Of a stretch of DNA of 64,000 bases, positions 1 through 11,382 are shown piece by piece. The stretch lies in IMG/VR virus record IMGVR_UViG_3300020477_001105, positions 32,001-96,000 of that record. The stretch is one strand, 5' to 3'. Below the pieces are notes generated by a model, which saw only the letters and a list, made by a program, of their open reading frames with translations, was not told the DNA's origin and did not search any database. The stretch's first letter is position 1; the number at the start of each line of letters is the position of its first letter. The stretch comes from a virus. Both the position numbers and the translations under genes were made by a program.

Positions 1-2533
1 CAGGGTCATTAGTTGCATCACCATTTAAAAGAATCGACCCGTTCGCGTTAGATTCTATTTCTAACGGGTAACTACTCGGGGTTCGCCCGATGCCGATGTG
101 ACCACCGTCGGAAATTCGCATGCTCTCAGCACCAGAAGCTTCATTTGCGAAGATTATATTATGACCTGAACTGTGATTATGAGTGAATTTTAAATCATTA
201 GATGTTTGAGATATAGTATGATTTATAGCACTAGAGGTATGAGTTTCACCTAATGTAATTGATCCATTAGCTGTAACATTACCACTGGAACTTAATGTAC
301 CTTTAACAGTAGCTGTTGCTTGACCGAAGCTGTCTCCACCAACAGAGAAGTATGTACCACTACTACCGACATAAAGGTCAGTAGCATCATCTACAGTCGT
401 CCCAGTACTACTATAAAAAGCTAACTTCTTAGCTACACCGGAGTTGATGGTACCAGAACCACCTCCACCTCCACCGCCAGAGCTGGTAAGAACTGTCATC
501 CACGTACCACCTTCATTCTTAGCTTCAATAGTACCGCCATTGTCTCTAATACCATACCCAGACTCTCCAGTTTCAGTATTAAAGTTAATATATTGAGCAC
601 GACCGAGAATTACTTGCTTGCCACTAATTGTTCCATTAACGGTTAATGAATGTGCATGATCAGGCACACAGCCAATAGCCACTGCCCCGGATGTACCTTT
701 CTGGAGTGACATGATTATACCGTCATGCTCGTCATAGAAATCATATCCCATCCCAACAGTATTACCACTAAATGCTAAATTACCTGTAGTAGCATTCTTG
801 GTCATGCTATATAGCTCAGATCCTTTCTGTAGCACTACTAACGGGTCACCATCATTTGTAGGGTCTTCAATATGAAGAGGTGCGATTGGTGAAGTAATTC
901 CAATACCAACATTACCGGATGCATCAACTCGTACTGCTTCTGTGTCAGCAGTACCAAGCGCTAATTGTGAACTAGCTGATGTCGCAAATACACGAGTAAT
1001 GTTATCTGTGTTATCATATCCTACATAACCTGCTCTTACAGTAGAATCGTATAATTCGAAATTCTTATGTCTACCAGTACTATCAATCTTAACTCTCGAA
1101 GTAACATCAGCAACTCCATTAACAGATACATGGCGAGCACTTAATGATTCACTAGCGCTGAGGCAACCAACAACAGATACATTTACATCTGGTGCAGCCG
1201 TTCCTAGGCCGACATTACCGTTATTATCAATTCGAACGCGCTCGAGATCATTAGTCCAGAATGTTAAAGGTCTATTTTCACGGTACCGAACGAGAGCGCA
1301 ATTAAGATCATCATTTACTCCAACAGAAAACCCAGTGGAATCTTCACTATTTGTAAAATGAACATATGAATAATCATTAGCATATATATGAAGAGGGTAG
1401 GCCGGTACGCTAATACCAATACCAACATAATTAGTAGACCCATTCCAGGTCATTATGCTGGTACCGTCCCAATCTTTAACTGCTAATGTATTAGTACCAC
1501 CTTCTAGTTGGAAGTGTTGATTTGAACCAAGTGCTCTTAAATATAAACTACCATATGCACTAATACTTCCTGCGACAGTTAGCATCTGTTCAGGTGTAGT
1601 AGTCCCGATGCCGACGCTACCACCAGTAGTGACAACCATTCTAGTTGAGCTATTAACGTGGTCGTAAAAAGAAAGTACTTGAGCACCTACATCATCATTT
1701 CGCACACTCCACATATCAGCATTGTTCTGTGCGAATGTTAAATTAGTATTTCCACTAGCGCTACTAGCGAGAAGGAGCGTAGGTGCAGCACCTGATACAG
1801 CTAAACCATCACATCTAGCGTCACCAGTTACATCCAGTTTGTAACTTGGTGAAGTTGCCCCCGTGCCTATGCCAACTTTACCGTCAGAATTAATACTGAC
1901 AAAACCTGTGGCGCGTGAAGTATCTGAACCAACATGTATCTTGTTAGTGCCATCAATCCAAAGAAAGTTTATTGCGTTTCCTGCTGCATTCTTCGAACTG
2001 AAAGAGTAATTATTGTCGACTCTGACTTCACCACCTGTAACTTGCAATTTAGTATCCGGCGCAGCAGTCCCAATGCCGACGTTACCACCAGCAAGTATGG
2101 TTACCCGGTCACCCGCACCCCGCTCATAAAATCTCAAACTATCACTAGAATTGTGAGAATACATAGACCACTCAGAAGTAGCATTATATAATTGCAGCTC
2201 AACATTCGATGCATTACCCGCTGACATAATCATCTGCGTCGTTGCATGTCCACCATATAAATGAAGTTTAGCTGCAGGGCTGTTCGTCCCGATGCCGACG
2301 TTACCAGAATTAGTATTAACAATATCATTTGTATTACGAGATACCCAGTGTCCAGAAAGATACTGAGAGCTCATTTGAGTCATGAGCGTGTATGCCTCAC
2401 CGCCCTTTAACCCAGAAGCTGGAATCTTAAAAGTCTGTAGCGTGCCACCGTTATTAATGGTGACTGGAATCAATTCACCACCGTCTGTGTCGTAACTAGC
2501 AGGAATATTGTTTAATTGGCTAATTCTTGGCAT
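1..2533 (-). CDS. Tail fibre/adhesin-like protein with repeated G-x-V-G-I-G modules (runs off the window start; absent from the ORF track)
   Basis: Read by hand from ATG at 2533: MPRISQLNNIPASYDTDGGELIPV...NSGNVGIGTNSPAAKLHLYG. About nine (G)xVGIG-type repeats. ATAAATA late-promoter motif upstream near 2551-2559. Confidence 0.85.
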   Translation of the reverse strand, partial: MPRISQLNNIPASYDTDGGELIPVTINNGGTLQTFKIPASGLKGGEAYTLMTQMSSQYLSGHWVSRNTNDIVNTNSGNVGIGTNSPAAKLHLYGGHATTQMIMSAGNASNVELQLYNATSEWSMYSHNSSDSLRFYERGAGDRVTILAGGNVGIGTAAPDTKLQVTGGEVRVDNNYSFSSKNAAGNAINFLWIDGTNKIHVGSDTSRATGFVSINSDGKVGIGTGATSPSYKLDVTGDARCDGLAVSGAAPTLLLASSASGNTNLTFAQNNADMWSVRNDDVGAQVLSFYDHVNSSTRMVVTTGGSVGIGTTTPEQMLTVAGSISAYGSLYLRALGSNQHFQLEGGTNTLAVKDWDGTSIMTWNGSTNYVGIGISVPAYPLHIYANDYSYVHFTNSEDSTGFSVGVNDDLNCALVRYRENRPLTFWTNDLERVRIDNNGNVGLGTAAPDVNVSVVGCLSASESLSARHVSVNGVADVTSRVKIDSTGRHKNFELYDSTVRAGYVGYDNTDNITRVFATSASSQLALGTADTEAVRVDASGNVGIGITSPIAPLHIEDPTNDGDPLVVLQKGSELYSMTKNATTGNLAFSGNTVGMGYDFYDEHDGIIMSLQKGTSGAVAIGCVPDHAHSLTVNGTISGKQVILGRAQYINFNTETGESGYGIRDNGGTIEAKNEGGTWMTVLTSSGGGGGGGSGTINSGVAKKLAFYSSTGTTVDDATDLYVGSSGTYFSVGGDSFGQATATVKGTLSSSGNVTANGSITLGETHTSSAINHTISQTSNDLKFTHNHSSGHNIIFANEASGAESMRISDGGHIGIGRTPSSYPLEIESNANGSILLNGDATNDP

Positions 2534-2565
2534 ATATGTATCCTGTATTATTATTTATATCGTCA

Positions 2566-5559
2566 CTAAGCGTCTCCAAATATGATAGTGTCATCTTCTT
2601 TAAATACGGGGTTTCCGTCCTCTTGCAATAATCCACCGATATCGTCGATAACCATCGCATATGCTGTGTTTGCTGCAGTATTTGTATAGAATGCGACATC
2701 AAAACAAACAGCAATATCACGTGCACCTGCTCCGGCGCTCAATGCTAAATTGTAAAGTAAATATGATACATTATGTGTATATGGACCAATATCAGTTGAT
2801 GCTACAGATGTCCATGTATGTTCGTTCCCAACCTGATATGTCTCCCTATTAGACCCTAATAATAATGAGTCTCTATCAGGGTCAATGGAATAAGTGTGAC
2901 AAGTCCGCCCTGATACTGGGTTAGTAGAACCACCTACCCCTGGAATCCCTTCATCGTACATTACAGTTCCAGGAACAGTATCACCAGATGTAGATGCATA
3001 ATCGGATAAGTTATAGTTAAACACGTTAATATCTGGCTTAATTAATCCTACCTGCTTAACGGTATAGCTACTCTTATCTGCTGTGTCGAAGTAATAATTA
3101 TGTAAGTACTGATAATTACAGTTATCTGTACCAAAAAATGTAAAGCTTAGTGTTTGATCATTGGAATTATGCCATACTGATGGTCTGTCGATCTCAGTAA
3201 TGTTAATCTCTTCTCCTGAACCAGATAGTGTAAAGCCTTTGCTACTCAAAAATTGATATGTTGTAGCCATATCATCAACAGCATCACTGGAAACTGTCGG
3301 TAGCAGTGTGTCTAGGGTAAGCACTGGTTCAAAGTGATTTGTACCGATATTAAATCGATACATCTCAGGGTATATGATCTTATAGTTAGAACCGGATAGA
3401 TAAGGATGTAAAGCAGTCTTTGATAAGATAATATCATTACTAGGTTCATTATACCACGGGTCAGCAAACTTTACAATATTAGCATTGTCACCGGATAACG
3501 AAAGGTATATTTGTTGTCCAAGATCTGTTGTAAATACGCCTGAAGAGTGGTCGTAATTAAATTTCTCTAAAACTAAGAAATTTTGAGTCTCTATAACTAT
3601 AACGTTCTGTATTAAATCAAAGTTTTTAATTTTATAGTGAAGCTCATCAATAATGTCAGTTGTATTTGAGTACTTGACAAATACTGCGCTTAAAGCAGAT
3701 GATACAGAATCAATAATAGTCGACTGCCCGTTTCTAAAAAATAATCTACCATATACATTGTCCTGTCTATCATAGATAGGCTTGTCTACAGTTAATGTAT
3801 CTGCTCTACTATCATATTGTGTAGTAAACGCTGATAGTTGATGATTAAAGTATCTATACTCTGGTGTAGTAAATGCATTGGTATAATCAGCTGATAACCC
3901 AGAAACACTGAATGGGTTATTACTTTCATTGCTCCAATCCGAAACACGGGCTTTATTGAAGTTAGAATTTACTTGATCAGTTGTTTTTCTAGCAGGTGTT
4001 ATCTTTTTATAAAGCGCGTATTCATTACCAAAGATGTCCGTCTTCCATTCATATGCTACTTCATCAGTTACTAATAAGTCTTGGATTTTATCAGATACAG
4101 GTATATCTTTTAAAGGTAAGATAGGATATACATCTTCATTACCCCATATTGATTCTACATCTCCTGACCATAGATCAATATTGTCTGTAGATTTGCTTAC
4201 ACCGCCTGGTTGATATTGTAATGTTTCCTCTCTGGATTGATAAGGGTAAAATTTTTGTAGCGATTTATCGTTAACAATATCACCTTGTTGAGAGCTAGCT
4301 TTATTGGCGCGAATACTAGTAACATCATCAGCATGTTTAACAGGAGATAATTGATCAGCCTGAGTATTACCTCTACCTGGACCATATTCATCTGGATCCG
4401 GAAATATGTATAGAGTATTTGGCTCTAACTTACTCTGATCATATGTATATGTTAAAACGACACTAGAATAATTAATAATGCCTAACTTGTCAGGTGTAAA
4501 AAACCCACCAATTTCTTTAATTGATTTTAAATGTGATGTGCTAGGGACAGAAGCATGTGTTGGATAATATCTATTTAAAATATTAGCAATGGGATGAGAT
4601 GGTTCAAACAGTGTCCCAGATAATGTCTCAGTTTGTGTGTTACCAGTCGATAGGTAGCAATACTTAGTACCGGAAAACTTCTCAATTAATTGCTTTTGAT
4701 AATTTAACGCTAAGTCATCTTTTGTTTTACCTGTACCAACAAAATTCTTTTCAGGTAAATTTTCTATATCCGTACGTACCGTATTAAAGGTAAGATTTAA
4801 TCCACCAGAAGATGTTATATCGTCGCCAGCACTTGACGTCAACAGTATCGGTATTTCCTCGAACAACTTTTGTATTGCTTCGGTAAAATTTAAATATAAA
4901 TTAGGGTCAACATTCTCAACATTGCTGTTAAAGAGAGTATGACGAGTATCCTGACTAGTGTTGTACTCGCTAGCATCAACATCAGGGCTATTATCGAAAT
5001 AATTTGGATATTCATCATACAACGAATCGACCTCAACGACCATGTCTCTATCAATAGCAGACGTCGGTGGAATGTACGTATTAGGGTAGTCTTTAGTAAA
5101 TTCTACAGATCTAAGTTGATCTATAATAATATCTTTAATTGTGTTTCTGGCTCCAGCTTCACTCCCTTTAAAACTGTGCTTAATTTTCGCATGCTTAACA
5201 TCGGTTCTCTTTCTAATAAAATACTGTGTTACTTGTTTTAGCTTCTTAACGAAGTATGGTATTACAATATCTAATTCTCTCTTATCTGTATAGTCGATGT
5301 TAAGTAGAAATCTCTTCTCGTCTGCAGTTGAATAGTCAATAGCAATTTGTTTAAGTAGCTCAATATATACGTTATCAATATATTGACCCTGGTTAATCTT
5401 CTCTGCCTTTTTTTCAGTATACCAATCAGCTACATAATCATTATACTGTTTAAATAACTGTGTTTCACTGAAGCGTGCTGTGTCCGCAAGTGTTTGTAAC
5501 CAGTCGATATACGATACTGGTCTATCTTCACTCTCTAATTTTGACGGATTATCAGCCAT
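2566..5559 (-). CDS. Large virion structural protein (baseplate/tail-associated), 997 aa
   Basis: Long ORF between the baseplate genes and the tail fibre gene. S/T/N/D-rich beta-type C-terminus. No exact family recognised. Confidence 0.6.
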   Translation of the reverse strand: MADNPSKLESEDRPVSYIDWLQTLADTARFSETQLFKQYNDYVADWYTEKKAEKINQGQYIDNVYIELLKQIAIDYSTADEKRFLLNIDYTDKRELDIVIPYFVKKLKQVTQYFIRKRTDVKHAKIKHSFKGSEAGARNTIKDIIIDQLRSVEFTKDYPNTYIPPTSAIDRDMVVEVDSLYDEYPNYFDNSPDVDASEYNTSQDTRHTLFNSNVENVDPNLYLNFTEAIQKLFEEIPILLTSSAGDDITSSGGLNLTFNTVRTDIENLPEKNFVGTGKTKDDLALNYQKQLIEKFSGTKYCYLSTGNTQTETLSGTLFEPSHPIANILNRYYPTHASVPSTSHLKSIKEIGGFFTPDKLGIINYSSVVLTYTYDQSKLEPNTLYIFPDPDEYGPGRGNTQADQLSPVKHADDVTSIRANKASSQQGDIVNDKSLQKFYPYQSREETLQYQPGGVSKSTDNIDLWSGDVESIWGNEDVYPILPLKDIPVSDKIQDLLVTDEVAYEWKTDIFGNEYALYKKITPARKTTDQVNSNFNKARVSDWSNESNNPFSVSGLSADYTNAFTTPEYRYFNHQLSAFTTQYDSRADTLTVDKPIYDRQDNVYGRLFFRNGQSTIIDSVSSALSAVFVKYSNTTDIIDELHYKIKNFDLIQNVIVIETQNFLVLEKFNYDHSSGVFTTDLGQQIYLSLSGDNANIVKFADPWYNEPSNDIILSKTALHPYLSGSNYKIIYPEMYRFNIGTNHFEPVLTLDTLLPTVSSDAVDDMATTYQFLSSKGFTLSGSGEEINITEIDRPSVWHNSNDQTLSFTFFGTDNCNYQYLHNYYFDTADKSSYTVKQVGLIKPDINVFNYNLSDYASTSGDTVPGTVMYDEGIPGVGGSTNPVSGRTCHTYSIDPDRDSLLLGSNRETYQVGNEHTWTSVASTDIGPYTHNVSYLLYNLALSAGAGARDIAVCFDVAFYTNTAANTAYAMVIDDIGGLLQEDGNPVFKEDDTIIFGDA

Positions 5560-5579
5560 ATAATTATATTTAATTTACA

Positions 5580-8500
5580 TTATTGATACTCGGATGTGCC
5601 AGCAGATATAGAATCTGTAAACATATTCAACCCTCTTCTAAGTTCATAATCGAGCATAACGTCAATTATTCCATCATCTTCAGCCCACGTATTAATGTGA
5701 CTCAATTCCTTAACCGTTGTCAGTGAATTTTCCCAGTCAATTAATCCCTCTTGCTGTGTGTTATTATACTCTTCGTTATATGAATAAAATTTATAATATT
5801 CCTTAATATCGAGACCGTTAATGTCGTTGTATAATCCCCATCCCCAGTTAACATGGTAACTGCTCAAAGGATACGCAGACACAAGTGATATACCATTAGC
5901 GGTTGCTGAAAATGGTTCGGACCCGGTACCAGATAAATACATTGGGTTAATTAATTTAAATTGACTATCGTATAACTGCTTTGCTACTAATTTAGTACCA
6001 GCTGAGACCATATATGTACTTGCATCTAGTTCATCTACATGATAGGCAGTTAAGTTATTAGTTACAACAGTCTTTAACCCAATATTAATCGGTCTAGTAG
6101 CAGGAGCGAGCTCATTACTATTATAACCTGCAAATTCACTCAAGCTCTCAAAATCACGGGCATACTTACTACGATCACCCCATAAATGTTTGCGATGTAC
6201 GGATGCTAAATCCATTACTCGCTTAATGCTAGCTGGGTATCCAAATTTATAATTTTCTATAGGTACATCAAACTGATCACAAATTGAATATAATGCATCT
6301 ATTGTGCATGTATCTATATCATTGTGATTTTGTACGAAATTAGATATCTTCTCATATACAACCTTACCAAGTTCAGTAGGTTGCGAGCTAAGGGTACCAA
6401 CTGATATACCGATAATATCATTGAACAGCTTATTATAATTCTTTAAAAATGGTTGCTGTCTGTAAGATTTAATAGTCTCTGCTGGGTCAAAGTCTTCTCC
6501 GAATTTGTTAATACTGTATTGACCTGTCGACGGGTAAATGGTGAATGTATTGTTTCCAGTAACTACTCGTTGACCTTGAACCTGTATGTATTTGTTAAAC
6601 CATTCATATCCAGTCCAGTCACCAATAGCTTGATACATATTTGACCCAATACCGGCTGTAGTTTGATCTTCATCAATATATTGTATAGAAGACAGTGACA
6701 TATTATATAGAGGTAAATAATGTATTCGATTTTCAAATGAATTAATTACCCATAGCCTATTGTAAAAGTCACACGTGATACCACCTAGATGTTGTTTAAC
6801 GCCGCGAATTTCTCTTTGAGCTCCCTTACCACCAGACAGTTCAACGAAATCAGTATCTAATATAGGTATATTTTTATCTATTTGCCCAGCTGATGTGATG
6901 CGTGTTACAGTATTAGTATCATGCGTCACCCATGCGTTCTGGTGATTGTCTACAACTATATAGCTAGGTATGTGAAAACCGGAGACTTTATGTAGTAATG
7001 TCCCTGATGAGTCAAATTTATATACATTATCAGACTCATACGATTTTACTGTTACAGCACCAGTGGCACCTGTACCATCTTCTGTACTATGTACAGTTAT
7101 GTTTCGGCTAGCTTGTGATGAATGTACTAGTCCAGCATACGGGTGAACTTCTACGTTGAAGTTACCGGCAACCCGGCTGGGAGCATCATGAGCCGACACT
7201 GCTTGAATTATCCACCAACCGTTATAGTTACATTGAATACCGGCTGGATCTCTCATAGGATTAGTAAACGTCCCTCCTGGTATGTGAATCAACTGACCAG
7301 GCTCAAAATTCGCTCCAGCGGCCCCCAATTCATCTGCGAACTGAAAGTCGTATACGTGGTCTAATTTCTTAGCTTCAATAACACCTGTCTTTTCACTTAG
7401 AACGTTTCTGATAAAATGTTTTTGCGTCGCTACCCATATATTATTATCATTATCTACAACTATATCAGTAGGAGCTTCGTAATCAGGAAAATCATACTTG
7501 ACAATGGCGCTACATGGGTCTACGGATGTATCATACTTTATAATAAACCCGTTAAGTGGATTAGAATATGCAATCCATATATTATCATCTAAATCACAAT
7601 CAACAGTGGTAGGTTCTGTTAGATTGAATCCTGCTAACCCGCTAGTAGCACTAACCGTTGTTGTGAACGAAGGACCTGTGTCCTCCCTCCAGCTAGTTAA
7701 AACTGTGTTGTATGTTACGTTTGAATCATCTCTAATAACCCTATCAACGTACCCTGTGTCAGGATCGATGCGAACTACTAGGTTACCGTCGTGCATTGGG
7801 ACCCACAACCGCTTTTCACTGTCGATAGTGATATCACTAGGTGTTAATCTATCTGGTGAATCTTTGTCATTAATGCTAATTAATGTCGCACTTGTAGTTA
7901 TCGAGCTGGTTGTTATTTGAACTTTCTGACTGAAGTCAAATGTGCTCAGTAACTCCATATTATTATTATATTTGAATACCTTATCGTTATGAGAGTCTGC
8001 AAAATATGCATACACTTTATTATTCAAATAACTAGCAGTAACTGGTACAACGGATACAGGATAATATCCTCCTGCTGACAATAGCGTTTCAGTTCTATTT
8101 CCGGGCAATGAAGTATTAATAACTCCAGAGTCACCGTCAAATTCATATTGCTCACCAGGTGCTACTCTATATACATTATCAAATTCTGGATTAGTTAAAT
8201 ATCCAAATAAAATGTCTCTATCATTATGAGCAGGATCGTTGATTACAACTTCACCCTTAAGCGAGACATTATCACCAACTTCTCTCGGTATAAAATATCC
8301 TCTATATGTACTCTCAATAGAATTAGGTAACTGCCCATCTTTTGTTCTAAAGAAATCTGCTGACAGCAACCTCGTATTAGTACCAGTACTACAGCTACTT
8401 ACGACACTGACGTTTACAACCCACGTACTAGAGTTAGGGGTAGTAGATGAATTAATAGACAACGCAGGGTAATCTTCAGCTCTAGAATTATATTGGTTCA

Positions 8501-9566
8501 CAAAGCTAATAACAAACGGTACTTCGCAATTTTGCCACTTAACTGACCCTAATGGCATCTCTAATAAACCGTTAGTTGTAAACGTTAATGATGTAGCTCT
8601 ACTAAAACGAGTTTTAGCTGGTATAGTTACTCTATATGATTCATAATGAGGTAGCGTGTCTATGCCATAATAATTGTTATTAGATATCTGAGACTGGAAT
8701 GGAAAATTGGACGTATCTAATGTCGCAAATAAAAATATAGGTGAATCATCTACACCTGAGCTGTAATTTTTTGCTGTATCATCTCCATAGAAAAACTCTG
8801 CAGTACCTGATGTACCGACAAACACAGCGTCAGGGTTAGAGGATATAGATCGAATAAAAGCATTTCTAGTAAATCCACCTTCTTCTACAGCTGATAACGC
8901 TATGTAGATATCTTCATTTGTTGTCTTAATTGACTCGATAGGGTTAAATATCTCTGCACCACTATCCGCAGTTAATTTTTCATAAAAGCTCCAAGTCTTA
9001 TCTAGATGTGACCATTTATATTCATTAAACCTTTTAATATCTAGTTTTCTAGATCTTGATCCGCTAGAATATAGAGTGAGTGTGTATCCGGTACCTGACA
9101 GCATATTATGCGGTTGCCAAGTATTAACTCTATCTATAGTAATAGGTTTTTGTAATACACCACCGGTACCAGCAGGGACATTTAATAAGTTAATAATGTC
9201 ATCATACGGTCTAGTCAGGTTATCTGTTAAAAAGTTTACTACTGATAATTGCTTGGTATGTGTACTGTATATCTCTTCACCGGAGGAATTATAGTTAATT
9301 AACTGTACGTTATATACACCTGGTTCCGTATATACGTGTGTCGCAGAAAACCCTTTTGTTGTAGTACCATCACCGAAGTCCCATACTGTGCTATCTGGTG
9401 AATATGTAAGACTGGAAGTACCGGTAACTGCAAATCTAAAAGTTGTTAACTTGTTTGTGTACCCGGATAATGTCTCTCTAGTGCCATCCCCATGCCCCGT
9501 ACTGTGGTTGGCGCTCAGCCCCCCAGTTACAGAAAAAGGTACATCGGATAGCGTATGGATAGCCAT
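5580..9566 (-). CDS. Baseplate-associated protein with N-terminal PKD domain and central beta-propeller-like repeats, 1328 aa
   Basis: PKD signature WDFGDGTT...HVYTEPGVYNVQL. Repeated D-x-x-x-N-I-W-I/V blades (DLDDNIWIA, DNDNNIWVA, DNHQNAWVT, DFYNRLWVI). Directly downstream of gp6. Confidence 0.7.
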   Translation of the reverse strand: MAIHTLSDVPFSVTGGLSANHSTGHGDGTRETLSGYTNKLTTFRFAVTGTSSLTYSPDSTVWDFGDGTTTKGFSATHVYTEPGVYNVQLINYNSSGEEIYSTHTKQLSVVNFLTDNLTRPYDDIINLLNVPAGTGGVLQKPITIDRVNTWQPHNMLSGTGYTLTLYSSGSRSRKLDIKRFNEYKWSHLDKTWSFYEKLTADSGAEIFNPIESIKTTNEDIYIALSAVEEGGFTRNAFIRSISSNPDAVFVGTSGTAEFFYGDDTAKNYSSGVDDSPIFLFATLDTSNFPFQSQISNNNYYGIDTLPHYESYRVTIPAKTRFSRATSLTFTTNGLLEMPLGSVKWQNCEVPFVISFVNQYNSRAEDYPALSINSSTTPNSSTWVVNVSVVSSCSTGTNTRLLSADFFRTKDGQLPNSIESTYRGYFIPREVGDNVSLKGEVVINDPAHNDRDILFGYLTNPEFDNVYRVAPGEQYEFDGDSGVINTSLPGNRTETLLSAGGYYPVSVVPVTASYLNNKVYAYFADSHNDKVFKYNNNMELLSTFDFSQKVQITTSSITTSATLISINDKDSPDRLTPSDITIDSEKRLWVPMHDGNLVVRIDPDTGYVDRVIRDDSNVTYNTVLTSWREDTGPSFTTTVSATSGLAGFNLTEPTTVDCDLDDNIWIAYSNPLNGFIIKYDTSVDPCSAIVKYDFPDYEAPTDIVVDNDNNIWVATQKHFIRNVLSEKTGVIEAKKLDHVYDFQFADELGAAGANFEPGQLIHIPGGTFTNPMRDPAGIQCNYNGWWIIQAVSAHDAPSRVAGNFNVEVHPYAGLVHSSQASRNITVHSTEDGTGATGAVTVKSYESDNVYKFDSSGTLLHKVSGFHIPSYIVVDNHQNAWVTHDTNTVTRITSAGQIDKNIPILDTDFVELSGGKGAQREIRGVKQHLGGITCDFYNRLWVINSFENRIHYLPLYNMSLSSIQYIDEDQTTAGIGSNMYQAIGDWTGYEWFNKYIQVQGQRVVTGNNTFTIYPSTGQYSINKFGEDFDPAETIKSYRQQPFLKNYNKLFNDIIGISVGTLSSQPTELGKVVYEKISNFVQNHNDIDTCTIDALYSICDQFDVPIENYKFGYPASIKRVMDLASVHRKHLWGDRSKYARDFESLSEFAGYNSNELAPATRPINIGLKTVVTNNLTAYHVDELDASTYMVSAGTKLVAKQLYDSQFKLINPMYLSGTGSEPFSATANGISLVSAYPLSSYHVNWGWGLYNDINGLDIKEYYKFYSYNEEYNNTQQEGLIDWENSLTTVKELSHINTWAEDDGIIDVMLDYELRRGLNMFTDSISAGTSEYQ

Positions 9567-9568
9567 TA

Positions 9569-11380
9569 TTAAAATTCAGTTGCTTCAAGTTTAGTTATGA
9601 AATTTATAGAATCGTTCAAATATGCACGTTTAAAATATGGGAGTTGAACGTTTGCAGTTGTAATTGAAACGTCTAAATCAGGATATATAGGGTTCCAGAT
9701 CATAAGACTTATCCCTTCAACTTCTAGGCTCATATCTGTTCGTACAGTCTTAATATTACTAACTCCATTGATACTCAATAAACTATTAGTGAGATCGTTG
9801 ACATTTATAACTCCACCCAATTGGCTATTATTAAAATATGTTTCAATTATAGTACTTGCTTGTTTTTCAATATTACTCAAACTAGCTCTAGAATTTTTAT
9901 CTCTAACCAATCTTAAACGAGTGTTATCTGCAATGGAAGTATCTAAGCTCTCATCAACGCTCTTGACACCTACATCTACAGACATATATACTGGATCCAT
10001 AATTAGAACTTCTGAGGTTAACGTCTTATTGTGTCGAACAGAATCAATAATGGTATTTTTCTGTGAAGGTGTTAGATAGCTATTTCTAACTGTGGTGCTA
10101 GCTGCTGTACTCGTTTTAGGTGTAGCATATACGTATACGTTATTAAAGTCACATGTATCTGCAAAATTTACCTGATTGTATATAGTGCTAGGATCACTAG
10201 TATGAGACCGCAGTTTTAGCGTATTGATGATATATGACATATGACCTTCTATATAGTCCCAGTTATTAACAACTTTGACATCTGAAATAACATTCGAATG
10301 TGTATGCTTAACGAAATTGGTAAAATCGGATTCTGTAACTAGTCTATGTTGCGATGAGAACACTTTAGGTGCTCTTTCCCTAATATCGCTAACAGTTTCA
10401 CCTAATGAATATTCAGTAGATGCATTAGCGTTTGTAAATGTCAATTGTACTAATTGTGTCGGAGACATATAGTTGGTGTTCGACACCTTTATCTGGCTAA
10501 AAATATCTTCAAATTGTATAGTACTGTATCGATTTAGATTCGAACCGTTGATAGCGTTAGGACCGACTTCACCGCGCTTACCCTCACTGACGAGGTAATA
10601 TACAGCTACTTGATCACCGGCTTGTAACTTCTTACCGTTAACATTATTACCAAATTTTATTTCATATCTCTTGTTCTCATTTAATCTAACTTCGTATGCA
10701 GGTGAATCACCATCTTCTAAGAATAGAGATGTAACCCTGTTCCATTCTTTCCAGTCTCCAGTTTTACCGTCCTTGATATACGCATGTATATTAAAATGGT
10801 CAATAATAGTATCGTCTCCCGGAAGCAATGTAATAAATTCAAATTCTTCTCCATTGGCAACATATACTGGGTATTCTTGAAACTGTCCCTGATATAAGAG
10901 GTGCTGGTTAGATATGACGTCTAATGATTCTGAAGAAGTTTGTGTCTTAGTAAACGTGATGTCCTTGTTGAGGGAAAACGACATACCGCCAGCGTTAATA
11001 AATGTATATCTAGGTATAGTATATGTATCAACAGCTAGCGAGGAATTTGCTACTGCTCCAAACGATAGCGAACTAGTCTGGTAACCTACAGGATTGTAAT
11101 CTATAGATTTAACAATTCTGTTCATATTTTCATACAACTCTGCATCTGTGAACATGGCTTCAGAAGATGTTTGGTTGAGATAGAACAATAATGTATGATA
11201 GCTGTATGCAATAATATCAATAACAGCAGACATATTACTACCTTCATAATTTTGATCAGTCAGTGTAGTCGTGCGATTAAGTCTATCGATTATATGACTC
11301 TTTAAGCTGGTTGCATCAAATGTCGCATACGCGTCAGTTGGCAGCTTAAATTCCGTTTTAGTTGTATTATTATTAGCCAT
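9569..11380 (-). CDS. Baseplate wedge subunit, T4 gp6-like
   Basis: DQNYEGSNMSAVIDIIAY, SEAMFTDA, YEIKFGNNVNGKK and ETVSDIRERAPKVFSSQHRLVTESDF are typical gp6 motifs. Confidence 0.9.
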   Translation of the reverse strand: MANNNTTKTEFKLPTDAYATFDATSLKSHIIDRLNRTTTLTDQNYEGSNMSAVIDIIAYSYHTLLFYLNQTSSEAMFTDAELYENMNRIVKSIDYNPVGYQTSSLSFGAVANSSLAVDTYTIPRYTFINAGGMSFSLNKDITFTKTQTSSESLDVISNQHLLYQGQFQEYPVYVANGEEFEFITLLPGDDTIIDHFNIHAYIKDGKTGDWKEWNRVTSLFLEDGDSPAYEVRLNENKRYEIKFGNNVNGKKLQAGDQVAVYYLVSEGKRGEVGPNAINGSNLNRYSTIQFEDIFSQIKVSNTNYMSPTQLVQLTFTNANASTEYSLGETVSDIRERAPKVFSSQHRLVTESDFTNFVKHTHSNVISDVKVVNNWDYIEGHMSYIINTLKLRSHTSDPSTIYNQVNFADTCDFNNVYVYATPKTSTAASTTVRNSYLTPSQKNTIIDSVRHNKTLTSEVLIMDPVYMSVDVGVKSVDESLDTSIADNTRLRLVRDKNSRASLSNIEKQASTIIETYFNNSQLGGVINVNDLTNSLLSINGVSNIKTVRTDMSLEVEGISLMIWNPIYPDLDVSITTANVQLPYFKRAYLNDSINFITKLEATEF

Positions 11381-11382
11381 GA

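Noticed and set aside
76-2310. CRISPR array or DGR template/variable repeats in the tail fibre
   Set aside because: The repeats are short, degenerate, in-frame coding motifs with long irregular spacing. No cas or reverse transcriptase gene, and no adenine-specific repeat pair, was seen.
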